This document shows, one piece after another, positions 20,247 to 29,227 of a stretch of 64,000 nucleotides of DNA (the first letter of the stretch is position 1; each line of letters begins with the position of its first letter). The notes beneath the pieces were generated by a model. That model did no database searches and was not told the origin of the DNA. It saw nothing but the letters and a program-made list of their open reading frames with translations. The stretch comes from a virus. The stretch lies in IMG/VR virus record IMGVR_UViG_3300023179_006134, positions 1-64,000 of that record, one strand, 5' to 3'. Both the position numbers and the translations under genes were made by a program.

Positions 20247-20499
20247 TTAAAAGTTCACTTCCCATTTGTGCGATTTCATCCCAACTCATTTTTCCAATCT
20301 CTTCGTATCCCACTTTTTCTAATACTTTAATATAACCCCTTGGAACAACTTCAGTAGAAAAATAATACTCAAGTTCCTCATAAAGTGGGTTATCAGTATC
20401 GAGTCTTATTTGTAGTGCTTTTAAAACTTTCTTTATATCTTTGATTGTCTTAAGTCTTTCAGTACAAAGTTCAAATCTTCTTACAGGTTTTTCAGTCAT
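20230..20499 (-). CDS. Hypothetical protein
   Basis: 89 aa, overlaps both neighbours in the operon. Confidence 0.55.
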   Translation of the reverse strand: MTEKPVRRFELCTERLKTIKDIKKVLKALQIRLDTDNPLYEELEYYFSTEVVPRGYIKVLEKVGYEEIGKMSWDEIAQMGSELLNEKTN

Positions 20500-21304
20500 A
20501 AGTCACTCCAAATGATTTGAGTTTTGAGTATTTATCCCACCACTTCAGGTGGTCTATATGAGGGTCTCGTTGCTTCTCAAACTGAATATGAAGAGCAAGA
20601 GAAGGCACAGGATTTACACGAGTCACATAATGTTCCCAGATATTTGAGATTGTATTTCCTTCGTGAATCAGTTCTATTTTATCTATTCCATTCCAAGGAG
20701 TATATTGAGATGCAAGTTTCTTAAAAACTTCCCAGTGGTCACGAAATACTTTAGGTTTCGTCATCATTGTAAAAGTCGTCCATATTCCTTCTTTCCAGTG
20801 TCTTGTAGGTGTTCTAAACAATCTTCCTGGTATTATAAAAGTGTATTCATAATCCTCTCTATTATCAAAAGGAAATAAACAAAGTTCTTTTTGTAAATGA
20901 TAATAAGATTTTAAGTAACCATAAGTAAATAACATTTCTTGGATTGCTTCTGTGCAGTGTAGGTAATCATCTTCTACAGAATATACTAAATCAGCAGTAG
21001 AGTTTTTGCAATACTCAAACTGTTTTAATCCACTATAGTGAAATCCTTTTACTTCTAAATCTATAAGTTGATATGAATGATTTGAGTGTGAGAAGATTTT
21101 ATGAACTTTAGAAATACAATCAGCAGTGCAATAGTCATTAAGAACAACAAAAGAAATCTCTGCATTTGTGACTACATTTGCAGAGTTAATCAAAGAAGAT
21201 AAACAACCAAGTATTAAATTTTTTTTGGGTATATCAATATACCTTGGTTTACCTCCGTGTATATTTTGACCATCGTGTATTCTTAAGATAATATCCAGTT
21301 TCAT
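20492..21304 (-). CDS. GT-A fold glycosyltransferase
   Basis: QFEYCKNSTADLVYSVEDDYLH identical to 17882..18697. Confidence 0.7.
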   Translation of the reverse strand: MKLDIILRIHDGQNIHGGKPRYIDIPKKNLILGCLSSLINSANVVTNAEISFVVLNDYCTADCISKVHKIFSHSNHSYQLIDLEVKGFHYSGLKQFEYCKNSTADLVYSVEDDYLHCTEAIQEMLFTYGYLKSYYHLQKELCLFPFDNREDYEYTFIIPGRLFRTPTRHWKEGIWTTFTMMTKPKVFRDHWEVFKKLASQYTPWNGIDKIELIHEGNTISNIWEHYVTRVNPVPSLALHIQFEKQRDPHIDHLKWWDKYSKLKSFGVTYD

Positions 21305-22443
21305 TGATAAGTAATATTCATATTATACTGATTTACTATTTTTTTGATTGCATTTTTATTTTTTACAATATCATAATCAGCACCAAGATATAAATTATCC
21401 AATTTAGATGGGTTGGTATTGTTTGTTAATCTATGATAGTGAAATTTTGCTAAACCAAAAGACTGACATGCATCATTTGCAATTGGGTCAACATAAAATT
21501 TTATTTTTGGAAAGTTTTTCTTAATTTTAGAATTTCCAACAACATTTAATGCACACCCTCCGGAAAAAACAATATTGCAACACTTTGTTTTTTTTATTGT
21601 ATAATCAATGCGTTCTAAAAACACTTTTTCCAATGCTTTTTGAAGTGCATATGCTAAATCTGCTTTTTTTTGAAAATTCATATCTTTTAAATATGGAAAT
21701 AATTTTGTATTCAAAGACCTATTTGCACGAAATAAATTCATATTAGACAAGATACTATTTTCACATAAAATATTTGGTATTTCCTTATTTGGCATTCCAT
21801 AAGAAAATAATCCCATAGTTTTCCCTTGACCACCAATACAAGAATATCCAAGATGTTCAGTTATTGTACCATACATCACACCAATATCTAAATGAGAATT
21901 TAAATCTACGTCATAATTAAATAATTCTTCAAAATATTCAATAAAATCGTTATTTGCTGCATAAACATCTGGAGAATACCATAAATTTTTATATATTGGG
22001 TTAAAATTATTTGGATAATTTGCATAATATAATGATGTAGTCTCAACTGAAAATAAATTATTTTTAATATCATTAAAAGAGCTTCCCCATCCATCTATAA
22101 CAAGACAAGCAGATTCTTCATATCCAGAACCATAGAAAGCAGAAGACGCATGATACAAATGATGATTATCATAATCTATAATATTATTATATACTTTTAT
22201 TTGATTGAAATCTAAAAATTCGTATATTAGTTTTTTTTCTTCCTCCTCTCTAATATTTGCAAGACACAAGTAATCAATATATTTTGTATACATTGATATG
22301 CAATTAAGCATTTTAAATGGTGTTGAAGAATCATTTTTTACTCTACTTACTCTTTCTTCTTGTAATAAAAGTAAAATTTTTTCATTTTCTAAAATACATA
22401 TAGATGCATTGTGATTTTGTATTGATATTGCTACTATAATCAT
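21301..22443 (-). CDS. Carbamoyltransferase N-terminal (Kae1-like) domain as a separate gene
   Basis: HNAS...EERVSRVKND, HHLYHASSAFY.S, VIDGWG, GKTMGL..YG, SGGCALN, DP.AND motifs. Start more likely the ATG at 22443 (ATGA overlap) than the track start at 22473. Confidence 0.8.
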   Translation of the reverse strand: MIIVAISIQNHNASICILENEKILLLLQEERVSRVKNDSSTPFKMLNCISMYTKYIDYLCLANIREEEEKKLIYEFLDFNQIKVYNNIIDYDNHHLYHASSAFYGSGYEESACLVIDGWGSSFNDIKNNLFSVETTSLYYANYPNNFNPIYKNLWYSPDVYAANNDFIEYFEELFNYDVDLNSHLDIGVMYGTITEHLGYSCIGGQGKTMGLFSYGMPNKEIPNILCENSILSNMNLFRANRSLNTKLFPYLKDMNFQKKADLAYALQKALEKVFLERIDYTIKKTKCCNIVFSGGCALNVVGNSKIKKNFPKIKFYVDPIANDACQSFGLAKFHYHRLTNNTNPSKLDNLYLGADYDIVKNKNAIKKIVNQYNMNITYQ

Positions 22444-23015
22444 AAGTACTCCTTTTTTATAAGAAATTTGCATTCTGGAAAATACAAATAATTTAATTTT
22501 GAATCATAAATTGTTTTTATTGCATCTTCAATTGTTTCTACTATTGGTTCTCCTGCTAAATTAAATGATGTGTTTCCTACTAATGGAATATTAGTTAGAT
22601 TAAAAAAACTTTCTATTATAGAATAATAATTAAAATTATTTTCTTTAGTTACTGTTTGTATTCTACAAGTATCATCAACGTGAATAACAGATGAGATAAG
22701 TTGTTTTTTTTCTTTCTTAACATCAAATGAATAAGTCATAAAAGGAGATTCTTCTATTTTGTTCATATGAAACCAGTTTTTAACCTCACTTAATAAAATG
22801 GAACAAGCTAGTGGTCTAAACTTTTCTCTTCCCTTTATTTCGTTGACCGTATCTTTATTTGATGAAATTTTTGGATTAAATATCAAAGACCTATTTCCCA
22901 ATGCTCTTGAACCGGCCTCAGACCTACCATTAAATATACAAATAATATTATTATCCAATAATAAGTTTGCAATATCACAAGGTTCAGTATTCTCTATAAG
23001 TTTTAATTTATTCAT
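22440..23015 (-). CDS. Carbamoyltransferase C-terminal (YrdC-like) domain as a separate gene
   Basis: GRSEAGSRALGNRSL, KGREKFRP.A, HVDDTCRIQTV, NTSFNLAGEPIVET motifs. Confidence 0.85.
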   Translation of the reverse strand: MNKLKLIENTEPCDIANLLLDNNIICIFNGRSEAGSRALGNRSLIFNPKISSNKDTVNEIKGREKFRPLACSILLSEVKNWFHMNKIEESPFMTYSFDVKKEKKQLISSVIHVDDTCRIQTVTKENNFNYYSIIESFFNLTNIPLVGNTSFNLAGEPIVETIEDAIKTIYDSKLNYLYFPECKFLIKKEYL

Positions 23016-23017
23016 AA

Positions 23018-23626
23018 TCAACCATAAGTAAAAGATTTAATGTTAAAGATATGATTCATTTCTAATGTACTTATACCAAAACCGTAAACCCACAAAATTC
23101 TTGGAATATCACCAGATATTTCTGTGACCTCATGTTCTAAATGAGAAGTAATATACATTATCATATCATTTTTATCAAACTGATATGGAGTATTTTCAAT
23201 ATATGTGATACCACCAGACTCTGGATTTTGAGTCACAAAGTTGCAGTGTAAAGTATAAGTATTCTCAAAATATATTGGGTCAGTATGTTTACAGCAACTT
23301 CCTGGAGGAAATGCAATCGTAGTGCATATTCCATCTGTAAAGGATGGCCAGGGAGCAATGGTATTATCTTTTATTTTTAAGTAGTTCAGTAATCTTTTTT
23401 GTATATCATAAACTTCTTTTGGGTACTGAACTTTATAATCTTGATATTCTTTACACCTACCATAAGAATGTCTTGTTGTAAACCTTGTTTGAAATTCATC
23501 ATTGTTCATTCCTGGGTTCATAAAATATGGTTGCTTATAGTTACTCAAAGTCCATTGATTCAATTTATCAATCTCATTATCAGTAATAAAGTTTTTAACT
23601 ACTTTAACCAGTTTTTTCTTGTTCAT
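23018..23626 (-). CDS. 2OG-Fe(II) oxygenase
   Basis: HTD...GG.T...HEV....R motifs. Confidence 0.7.
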   Translation of the reverse strand: MNKKKLVKVVKNFITDNEIDKLNQWTLSNYKQPYFMNPGMNNDEFQTRFTTRHSYGRCKEYQDYKVQYPKEVYDIQKRLLNYLKIKDNTIAPWPSFTDGICTTIAFPPGSCCKHTDPIYFENTYTLHCNFVTQNPESGGITYIENTPYQFDKNDMIMYITSHLEHEVTEISGDIPRILWVYGFGISTLEMNHIFNIKSFTYG

Positions 23627-24241
23627 TTATTGATAAGAGAAGAGTTGTTTTGTATCTTTGATATATGAAAAGTTTTGATAATCAATATCATATATTTGAT
23701 AGAGTTGATTTTTAGATTTCTTTGTAAGTTCTATTGCCTTCTCATCTTTTATTTTAGAAGAGTTAAGTTTTTCTATTTTATCAATACCAATCTTTTGTAG
23801 GTCTTCTAATAGGTTTTCATATCTTACATAATAATCTATTTCTCTTTCTCCATTTTCATTTGAGATAACAAAAGTTTGTGGAACAATCCAACGATTAAAC
23901 TCTTTTGGATTTTTATAAAGATGTGAAACATATTCATTAATATTCATGTCATTACAAAGTTCATAATGATGATGCTTCTCAAGTCCTTCTTCACCAGTAG
24001 CAGAGAACCATCCACTTTCATCCATTCGTGCAAACTTATATGCAGAGATAAATCTATCTATTGGTTCACGAACAACAGTAAACTTTTTATACTCATTCCA
24101 ATAATTACCATAGTGTTCTTTATATTCTTTTATGGTTTTATCCATATATATATTCTCAACTCCCATTGCCTTGATAATAGAAGTTCCTGCATTTTTAGGA
24201 ATATGAATGAATATGAGTTTTTTTTCGTGATTGATAGTCAT
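23627..24241 (-). CDS. Sulfotransferase (family 2-like)
   Basis: FIHIPKNAGTSI (5'PSB) and VREPIDRFISAY (3'PB) motifs. Confidence 0.85.
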   Translation of the reverse strand: MTINHEKKLIFIHIPKNAGTSIIKAMGVENIYMDKTIKEYKEHYGNYWNEYKKFTVVREPIDRFISAYKFARMDESGWFSATGEEGLEKHHHYELCNDMNINEYVSHLYKNPKEFNRWIVPQTFVISNENGEREIDYYVRYENLLEDLQKIGIDKIEKLNSSKIKDEKAIELTKKSKNQLYQIYDIDYQNFSYIKDTKQLFSYQ

Positions 24242-25794
24242 TGATATAATAGTTTCTTATTTTTGATTGTGACTAAAGTTTCTATTTCTGGTAGGTATAA
24301 GTATTCTATCATACTATTCTTAAGAGTGTAAACTGCGTGGTTAAATGTTTCTACTAATGGTTCTCCACCCAGATTAAAACTTGTATTTAATAACATTGGA
24401 ACACCAGTCTTCTCAAAGAAACAAGAAATCAAAGCATAAAAGTGTGGATTTTGGTTTTCTGTAACTGTTTGTATTCTACAAGTGTTATCTGCGTGAATGA
24501 TTGCTGGTGCTTGTTCTATTGCATTATCATAAGCATTCATTGCATATTGCATATAAGGACTTTCTTTAAGTGAAAGCATATCAAACCATTTTGATGCTTC
24601 TTCTTGTAGAATACTTCCTGCAAATGGACGAAAGTTTTCTCTTTTTTTGATTTGATTTACAATATCTTTACCATTAGAAACTCTTGGGTCAAAAAGTAAA
24701 GAACGATTACCAAGGGCTCTTTGTCCTGCCTCACTCTTACCTTGGAATAATGCAACAATATTTTTTTGTAGTATTAGATTTACGATGTCCTCATAAGATA
24801 CTTTTTGTGTTTGTAGATTTTTTAAGTCATAGGAAGTTTCTTGATGTCCAATATAAACATTTTGGGGTGGTTGAATAGGTGGTAAGTCTTGAGAAGATTG
24901 TAAGTAGTGATAATATGCAGCACCAATACTAATGCCTGCATCAAAACAAACAGGGTCTATGTAAAGGTTAATATTCTTAAGATTTTTAAGGTAATGATAG
25001 TTTGCAACGCAGTTTAATCCATAACCACCAGAAATCACTACATTTCTAATATCAGTTTCTTCTGTGTATTTCTTGATAAGATTTAGAACGTAACTTTGAG
25101 TTTCTTGTTGTAAGTTATATGCACAATCCACCCTTTGTTTCCATTCTTTAGTATTATAAGGATATTGTAGTTTATTTTTATGATTCTTGTATTGTGCAAG
25201 ACCCATTATCTTTCCTGGTCCATCAAAAACATCAAGGTTTAATTTGTATGAATACAAACAAAACTTTTCCCCAACAGTTTGATCTCTATAATTTATTTTT
25301 TCGTAATGTTCAGAAAATGTATTTGACATCCCTTTAAATTTTCTACTTCGTTTGAAAATTTCTTTTTTTTCATTTTTTGTATTTAAATAATATATACTTT
25401 CCAATTCTAAATTATTATATTTTAATATTGCTCCAACACCATCCATAGAAAAACAAATTGCTTCATCAAAACTTGAATTATAAAATCCACAGTATGCATG
25501 ATAAAGATGATGCATCTCATCAAACATTAAAATTTGTTTATATGATATTTTTTTTAATAATTCTAAAATACTTTCAAGTGGATAAGTATATTCTTTTAAT
25601 TTATTTTTAATTATAATCACACAATCAAATATATTATTTTTATTTTCAGATATTAAATTTAATATTTTTTTATAATAATGATCATGTTTTTTTCTGGAAA
25701 ATCTTTCTTCCATTTTGTAAGAAACTATTTTACCATTATCAAATTCAGTAATTGAACTATCGTGCATTAATATTGGTATTGTTAAAATTTTCAT
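24238..25794 (-). CDS. Carbamoyltransferase (NodU/CmcH family), full length
   Basis: HDSS, EERFSRKKHD, HHLYHA, DGVG, GKIMGLA, SGGYGLNCVAN, EAGQRALGNRSLL, NTSFNLGGEP motifs. Confidence 0.88.
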   Translation of the reverse strand: MKILTIPILMHDSSITEFDNGKIVSYKMEERFSRKKHDHYYKKILNLISENKNNIFDCVIIIKNKLKEYTYPLESILELLKKISYKQILMFDEMHHLYHAYCGFYNSSFDEAICFSMDGVGAILKYNNLELESIYYLNTKNEKKEIFKRSRKFKGMSNTFSEHYEKINYRDQTVGEKFCLYSYKLNLDVFDGPGKIMGLAQYKNHKNKLQYPYNTKEWKQRVDCAYNLQQETQSYVLNLIKKYTEETDIRNVVISGGYGLNCVANYHYLKNLKNINLYIDPVCFDAGISIGAAYYHYLQSSQDLPPIQPPQNVYIGHQETSYDLKNLQTQKVSYEDIVNLILQKNIVALFQGKSEAGQRALGNRSLLFDPRVSNGKDIVNQIKKRENFRPFAGSILQEEASKWFDMLSLKESPYMQYAMNAYDNAIEQAPAIIHADNTCRIQTVTENQNPHFYALISCFFEKTGVPMLLNTSFNLGGEPLVETFNHAVYTLKNSMIEYLYLPEIETLVTIKNKKLLYQ

Positions 25795-25796
25795 GA

Positions 25797-26843
25797 CTAA
25801 TATGAAATAGATGGTGTTTTTTTGACTTTTTTAAGTGGCAGATTTTCTAAACTTGTGAGTAAATCTATCCAGTCTTGTGTTCTTCTTTCCCAATTAAACA
25901 AATAATCTACGTATTCTTTTTGTTTTTTTAGGTGTTCTTGAGTTTCTTTTGTATTTACAATGTCTATTGCTTTTTTTAGTTCTTGATAACACCTTTCTTT
26001 GTGTGGAATAATCTTTTCGTGATATGGATACATCATCGTCCAGTTTGATGCAGTTTCAGGAAGACATCCGTAGTTTGGATGAACACATAAAAGACCAGCA
26101 CTCATTGCTTCTAATAAAGAAAGGCAGAAAGTTTCTACCATAATATTTGGATAAGCAAAAATATGAGAAGATGCTAATGATTTCTTGAGTTCATCATTTG
26201 GTAAATATCCAATGTTCTTAATTTTTGGATGTCTTTCTAATCTTTGGTACAAATCACTATGTTCATAATTTTTTTGCCAATTTAAAGCATTTTTTAAAAA
26301 TGAATTTCTTGTGTCCTCATATATTGACCAAGAAGAATGAACCTTAAGTTCTATATTATCATATTCTTCACATAGTTTCTCAAATACATCAACCAATAAT
26401 GAAAGACCTCTTTGTGGATTTGAATGATAAACTAATATAATCTTATTTTTTGGTTTCTCTTGATGTTCTATTGGGTCTAGTGCATGTTTCATTACTACAC
26501 AATGACTTCTTGGAATATCATAAGTTCTTATCCAGTTTTCCATTTGATGATGAGAGACAAAAACAATCTTGTGAAACTTATTCCAACCACCATTTGAAAG
26601 AGGTTTTGGTTCTATTCCCAACCAACTAGAACCCTGCTCGTTTTGGTGTGTATCTAAATGTGACCAATAAAGTCTTAATTTTAGACAATCAAGATTTTTT
26701 ATTTGATTTATATGACCACCACAAATTATTTGAAACTTACTTAAAAGTTCTTGTGGTAATCTTTTTTGCAATTCATATTTTATAATATCTACTCCTCCTT
26801 TTGAGGATTTTCTGAACTCATCAAACTCAATCGTCATAGTCAT
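25797..26843 (-). CDS. GT4 family glycosyltransferase
   Basis: GG N-terminal motif; S.PQRGL; IFAYP...ETFCLSLLEAMSAG (EX7E). Confidence 0.8.
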   Translation of the reverse strand: MTMTIEFDEFRKSSKGGVDIIKYELQKRLPQELLSKFQIICGGHINQIKNLDCLKLRLYWSHLDTHQNEQGSSWLGIEPKPLSNGGWNKFHKIVFVSHHQMENWIRTYDIPRSHCVVMKHALDPIEHQEKPKNKIILVYHSNPQRGLSLLVDVFEKLCEEYDNIELKVHSSWSIYEDTRNSFLKNALNWQKNYEHSDLYQRLERHPKIKNIGYLPNDELKKSLASSHIFAYPNIMVETFCLSLLEAMSAGLLCVHPNYGCLPETASNWTMMYPYHEKIIPHKERCYQELKKAIDIVNTKETQEHLKKQKEYVDYLFNWERRTQDWIDLLTSLENLPLKKVKKTPSISY

Positions 26844-27544
26844 TCATCAATCCATCGTCTTAATGGTGCCCAGTATCCTTCTATACCCATTACATGAATA
26901 TTTTGTACTAGTTTTTTGTTTAAGTGCTTATAGAGTAGATGCTCTATATCTGCTTGTTTTTTTATTGTTGATGCATAGATTATATCTTTCTTCATTTTAT
27001 CATATGTTTCTATGATGTTTGAGAGTAAACTAAAATCAAAACTCCAACACCGAGTCATATATTGAAACATACTGGATTTTACCTCAAAATTATATAAGTT
27101 TTGACTGCGTTCAGGAAATAATTTCACAACTTTATCTTTTGCACTTTGATGTTTAGAGTAATCAAACTTGGAGTTTAATTTATATCTTCCACTGATTTTA
27201 AAGATTCTATCATAAGAACTTGTAATATTTTTTAAGTAATCACTAAACATCATTATTTCTAACATTGACTTGATAATAATATCAGGCTCAAGGTCAATAT
27301 TCATCTGTAAGTATTTTTGTAGATGATATTGGATTTCTTCATTCTTTGTGTAATCAATCAATTTACAATCAAATATATTTTCTTTCACACTCTTCTCACC
27401 ACAATCAATGATTACCATAGAGGAACCAGGTGCATAAGTCTCAATGGACTTTATGGTTTCTTTTGTTTGTTCTATGCGTTCTTCTGTGGAACACTTACCA
27501 TAAGAAGTGTGAATAGCAGAAGTTATAATAAAGTGAGAAGTCAT
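26840..27544 (-). CDS. Hypothetical protein of glycosylation clusters
   Basis: FIITSAI...ER..QT..TI.SI and FKISGRY motif. Confidence 0.5.
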   Translation of the reverse strand: MTSHFIITSAIHTSYGKCSTEERIEQTKETIKSIETYAPGSSMVIIDCGEKSVKENIFDCKLIDYTKNEEIQYHLQKYLQMNIDLEPDIIIKSMLEIMMFSDYLKNITSSYDRIFKISGRYKLNSKFDYSKHQSAKDKVVKLFPERSQNLYNFEVKSSMFQYMTRCWSFDFSLLSNIIETYDKMKKDIIYASTIKKQADIEHLLYKHLNKKLVQNIHVMGIEGYWAPLRRWIDE

Positions 27545-28371
27545 TTATACTCAATAAACTTCTTATCTAACTTCTCAACAATATCAACATCAATTTTGTA
27601 CCCTTTTTTCCAGAACTCCATATTCATTTCATTATACTTCTGGACGATTTCTGGTGGAAGAATACATCTTGGAGGATTATATTCTACTTTTCTCTTGACT
27701 GTATGAAGGTCTTTAAGGTTACATGATTTATCAAAAACCTCATTAGAGTATTCTACATTCTCAAAGTCGTGAGAATAATAAGGTCTCTCCAAAAACTCAT
27801 ACACTTCTCTCATTGTCTTCTCTGGAGTTTTGCATAGGTTCTCATAATCAATCAACATAATCATTTCTGGGTTCATTGCATAACCTTCTAAAAAAAAAGA
27901 ATAATAATTGAAGATTTCTCTTTGAAAAAGTTCTTGAATTCTTATAAAAATATTTTCAGAAAAAATCTGTTCATTAATTTGTTTGGTGTAAAAATAATTT
28001 CTATTAAATAAAACTTCAAAAGAATTCAAAATAGAAACAATATCTCTTACAGGGCATAAGATTTTAGTGTAAGGAAAGAGTGCCTTGAGAAATGGTGTTT
28101 TTTTAGTCCATCCACGACAACTATCAAAAATGACTGGTTTCTCTATGTGCTTATAATATCCATCAAAAACCCCATACATTAGATTTTTTCTTTGGTCTTC
28201 TGTGATATTAAAGTTATTTTCACCACTTGTAATCACATCAATTGAGGTTCCTGTAAGTCCTTGTACTGGTGATGCAATATCGGCATAGAAATCTGGGTTT
28301 TGTTTAAGAATACCAGAAAGTAATGTAGAACCAGACCTTGGAAGGCCAGAGATAAAATAAAAGGATTTCAT
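27541..28371 (-). CDS. Sulfotransferase
   Basis: FISGLPRSGSTLL (5'PSB); VRD...I..S; YE.L...P motifs. Confidence 0.85.
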   Translation of the reverse strand: MKSFYFISGLPRSGSTLLSGILKQNPDFYADIASPVQGLTGTSIDVITSGENNFNITEDQRKNLMYGVFDGYYKHIEKPVIFDSCRGWTKKTPFLKALFPYTKILCPVRDIVSILNSFEVLFNRNYFYTKQINEQIFSENIFIRIQELFQREIFNYYSFFLEGYAMNPEMIMLIDYENLCKTPEKTMREVYEFLERPYYSHDFENVEYSNEVFDKSCNLKDLHTVKRKVEYNPPRCILPPEIVQKYNEMNMEFWKKGYKIDVDIVEKLDKKFIEYK

Positions 28372-28377
28372 AAAGAA

Positions 28378-29001
28378 TTAGGTTTCTTCAGTCTGTGTTG
28401 GATATTCAATACTACCTTTTGGAAGAGCAATCAGGTTAAATGAGATTGAGATGCGTTCTTCATCGTGATTATTGGTCTCTACTGAATGTGGTAAGTAGGA
28501 AGGAAAGAGAATAATATTACCTTCTACTGGTTCTATACGAATACTTTCTCCCGTGAACTGATTCTTTTGTGACGTGAGAGCACAACCTTTCCACATACGA
28601 TTGATTGCAGGATTTTGAAGTACCAGTTTTCCACTTTCATCAGGTGCTTGGAGATAAAAGACACCAGAGAATACTTCACCGTGAACGTGTTCACTATTCA
28701 TACACTGACGAGTATCATTAACGTTTAACCACGCAGAAGTAAGTGCAATATCACAATCCACAAAGTCCAAATCTGCAACTGCCTTAAATCCCAACTGGCA
28801 GAGATACTCAAAAAGTGGACGAAGTTCTTCTACTCCTTGTAATGTTTCTGGAGAGTGATAACCAGCAATATTTGATTTTTGTACTGATGGATTTTCTCCC
28901 TTATAAGTTCTTACTGCATTCAGGAAAATTTCTTTGTGTTCCTCAAACTCTGGATATTCACTCTGCCAGAGAGGAACCGAATAAATGGGCATTAAGTTCA
29001 T
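28378..29001 (-). CDS. 2OG-Fe(II) oxygenase (TIGR02466-like)
   Basis: W.NVN...HVH...SGVFYL...FPSYLPHSV...RISISFN. Confidence 0.85.
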   Translation of the reverse strand: MNLMPIYSVPLWQSEYPEFEEHKEIFLNAVRTYKGENPSVQKSNIAGYHSPETLQGVEELRPLFEYLCQLGFKAVADLDFVDCDIALTSAWLNVNDTRQCMNSEHVHGEVFSGVFYLQAPDESGKLVLQNPAINRMWKGCALTSQKNQFTGESIRIEPVEGNIILFPSYLPHSVETNNHDEERISISFNLIALPKGSIEYPTQTEET

Positions 29002-29026
29002 AGTGTTTTCAGTGCAAGTTTCTTAT

Positions 29027-29055
29027 ATTGTACCATATTTAGATTGTTTCGTAAA
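29027..29055 (-). promoter_or_regulatory. Putative sigma70-type promoter with embedded CTAAATA late box, driving the enzyme island
   Basis: TTTACG-17 nt-TACAAT with TGn extension; CTAAATA at 29036-29042. Confidence 0.45.
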
Positions 29056-29179
29056 GCAATGTGTTTTGTATTCTCGTTCCCAATGTGAACTTATAATCTC
29101 TAGGAAACTGCTTCACAATAATAAAGACTCTTTTGATTAATTCACTTGCGTCCTTATATATTTTAAGTTCTTCTATCAT
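29039..29179 (-). pseudogene. avd: Truncated Avd-like (DGR accessory / four-helix-bundle) gene
   Basis: Hand-translated 46 aa: MIEELKIYKDASELIKRVFIIVKQFPRDYKFTLGTRIQNTLLYETI*. L.IY....L......V..FP...KFTLG.RI matches the Avd N-terminal half; lies directly behind a VR-like gene end. Confidence 0.7.
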
Positions 29180-29197
29180 AATGTTAAAAAATAGCGG

Positions 29198-29225
29198 TTA
29201 CAAAGTACAAGTCACAAAGTACAAG
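29198..29225. repeat. Heptamer tandem repeat between DGR target and avd
   Basis: Minus strand CTTGTAC-TTTGTGA-CTTGTAC-TTTGTAA, 2 nt after the target stop. Confidence 0.8.
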
Positions 29226-29227
29226 AT

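Noticed and set aside
14707-28371. Translational coupling (ATGA) as the cause of the Tyr-x ending
   Set aside because: TAT overlaps the next ATG in only a few junctions (e.g. 16930, 20499). Others use TAC or have no overlap, and coupling cannot explain the -4 hydrophobe.
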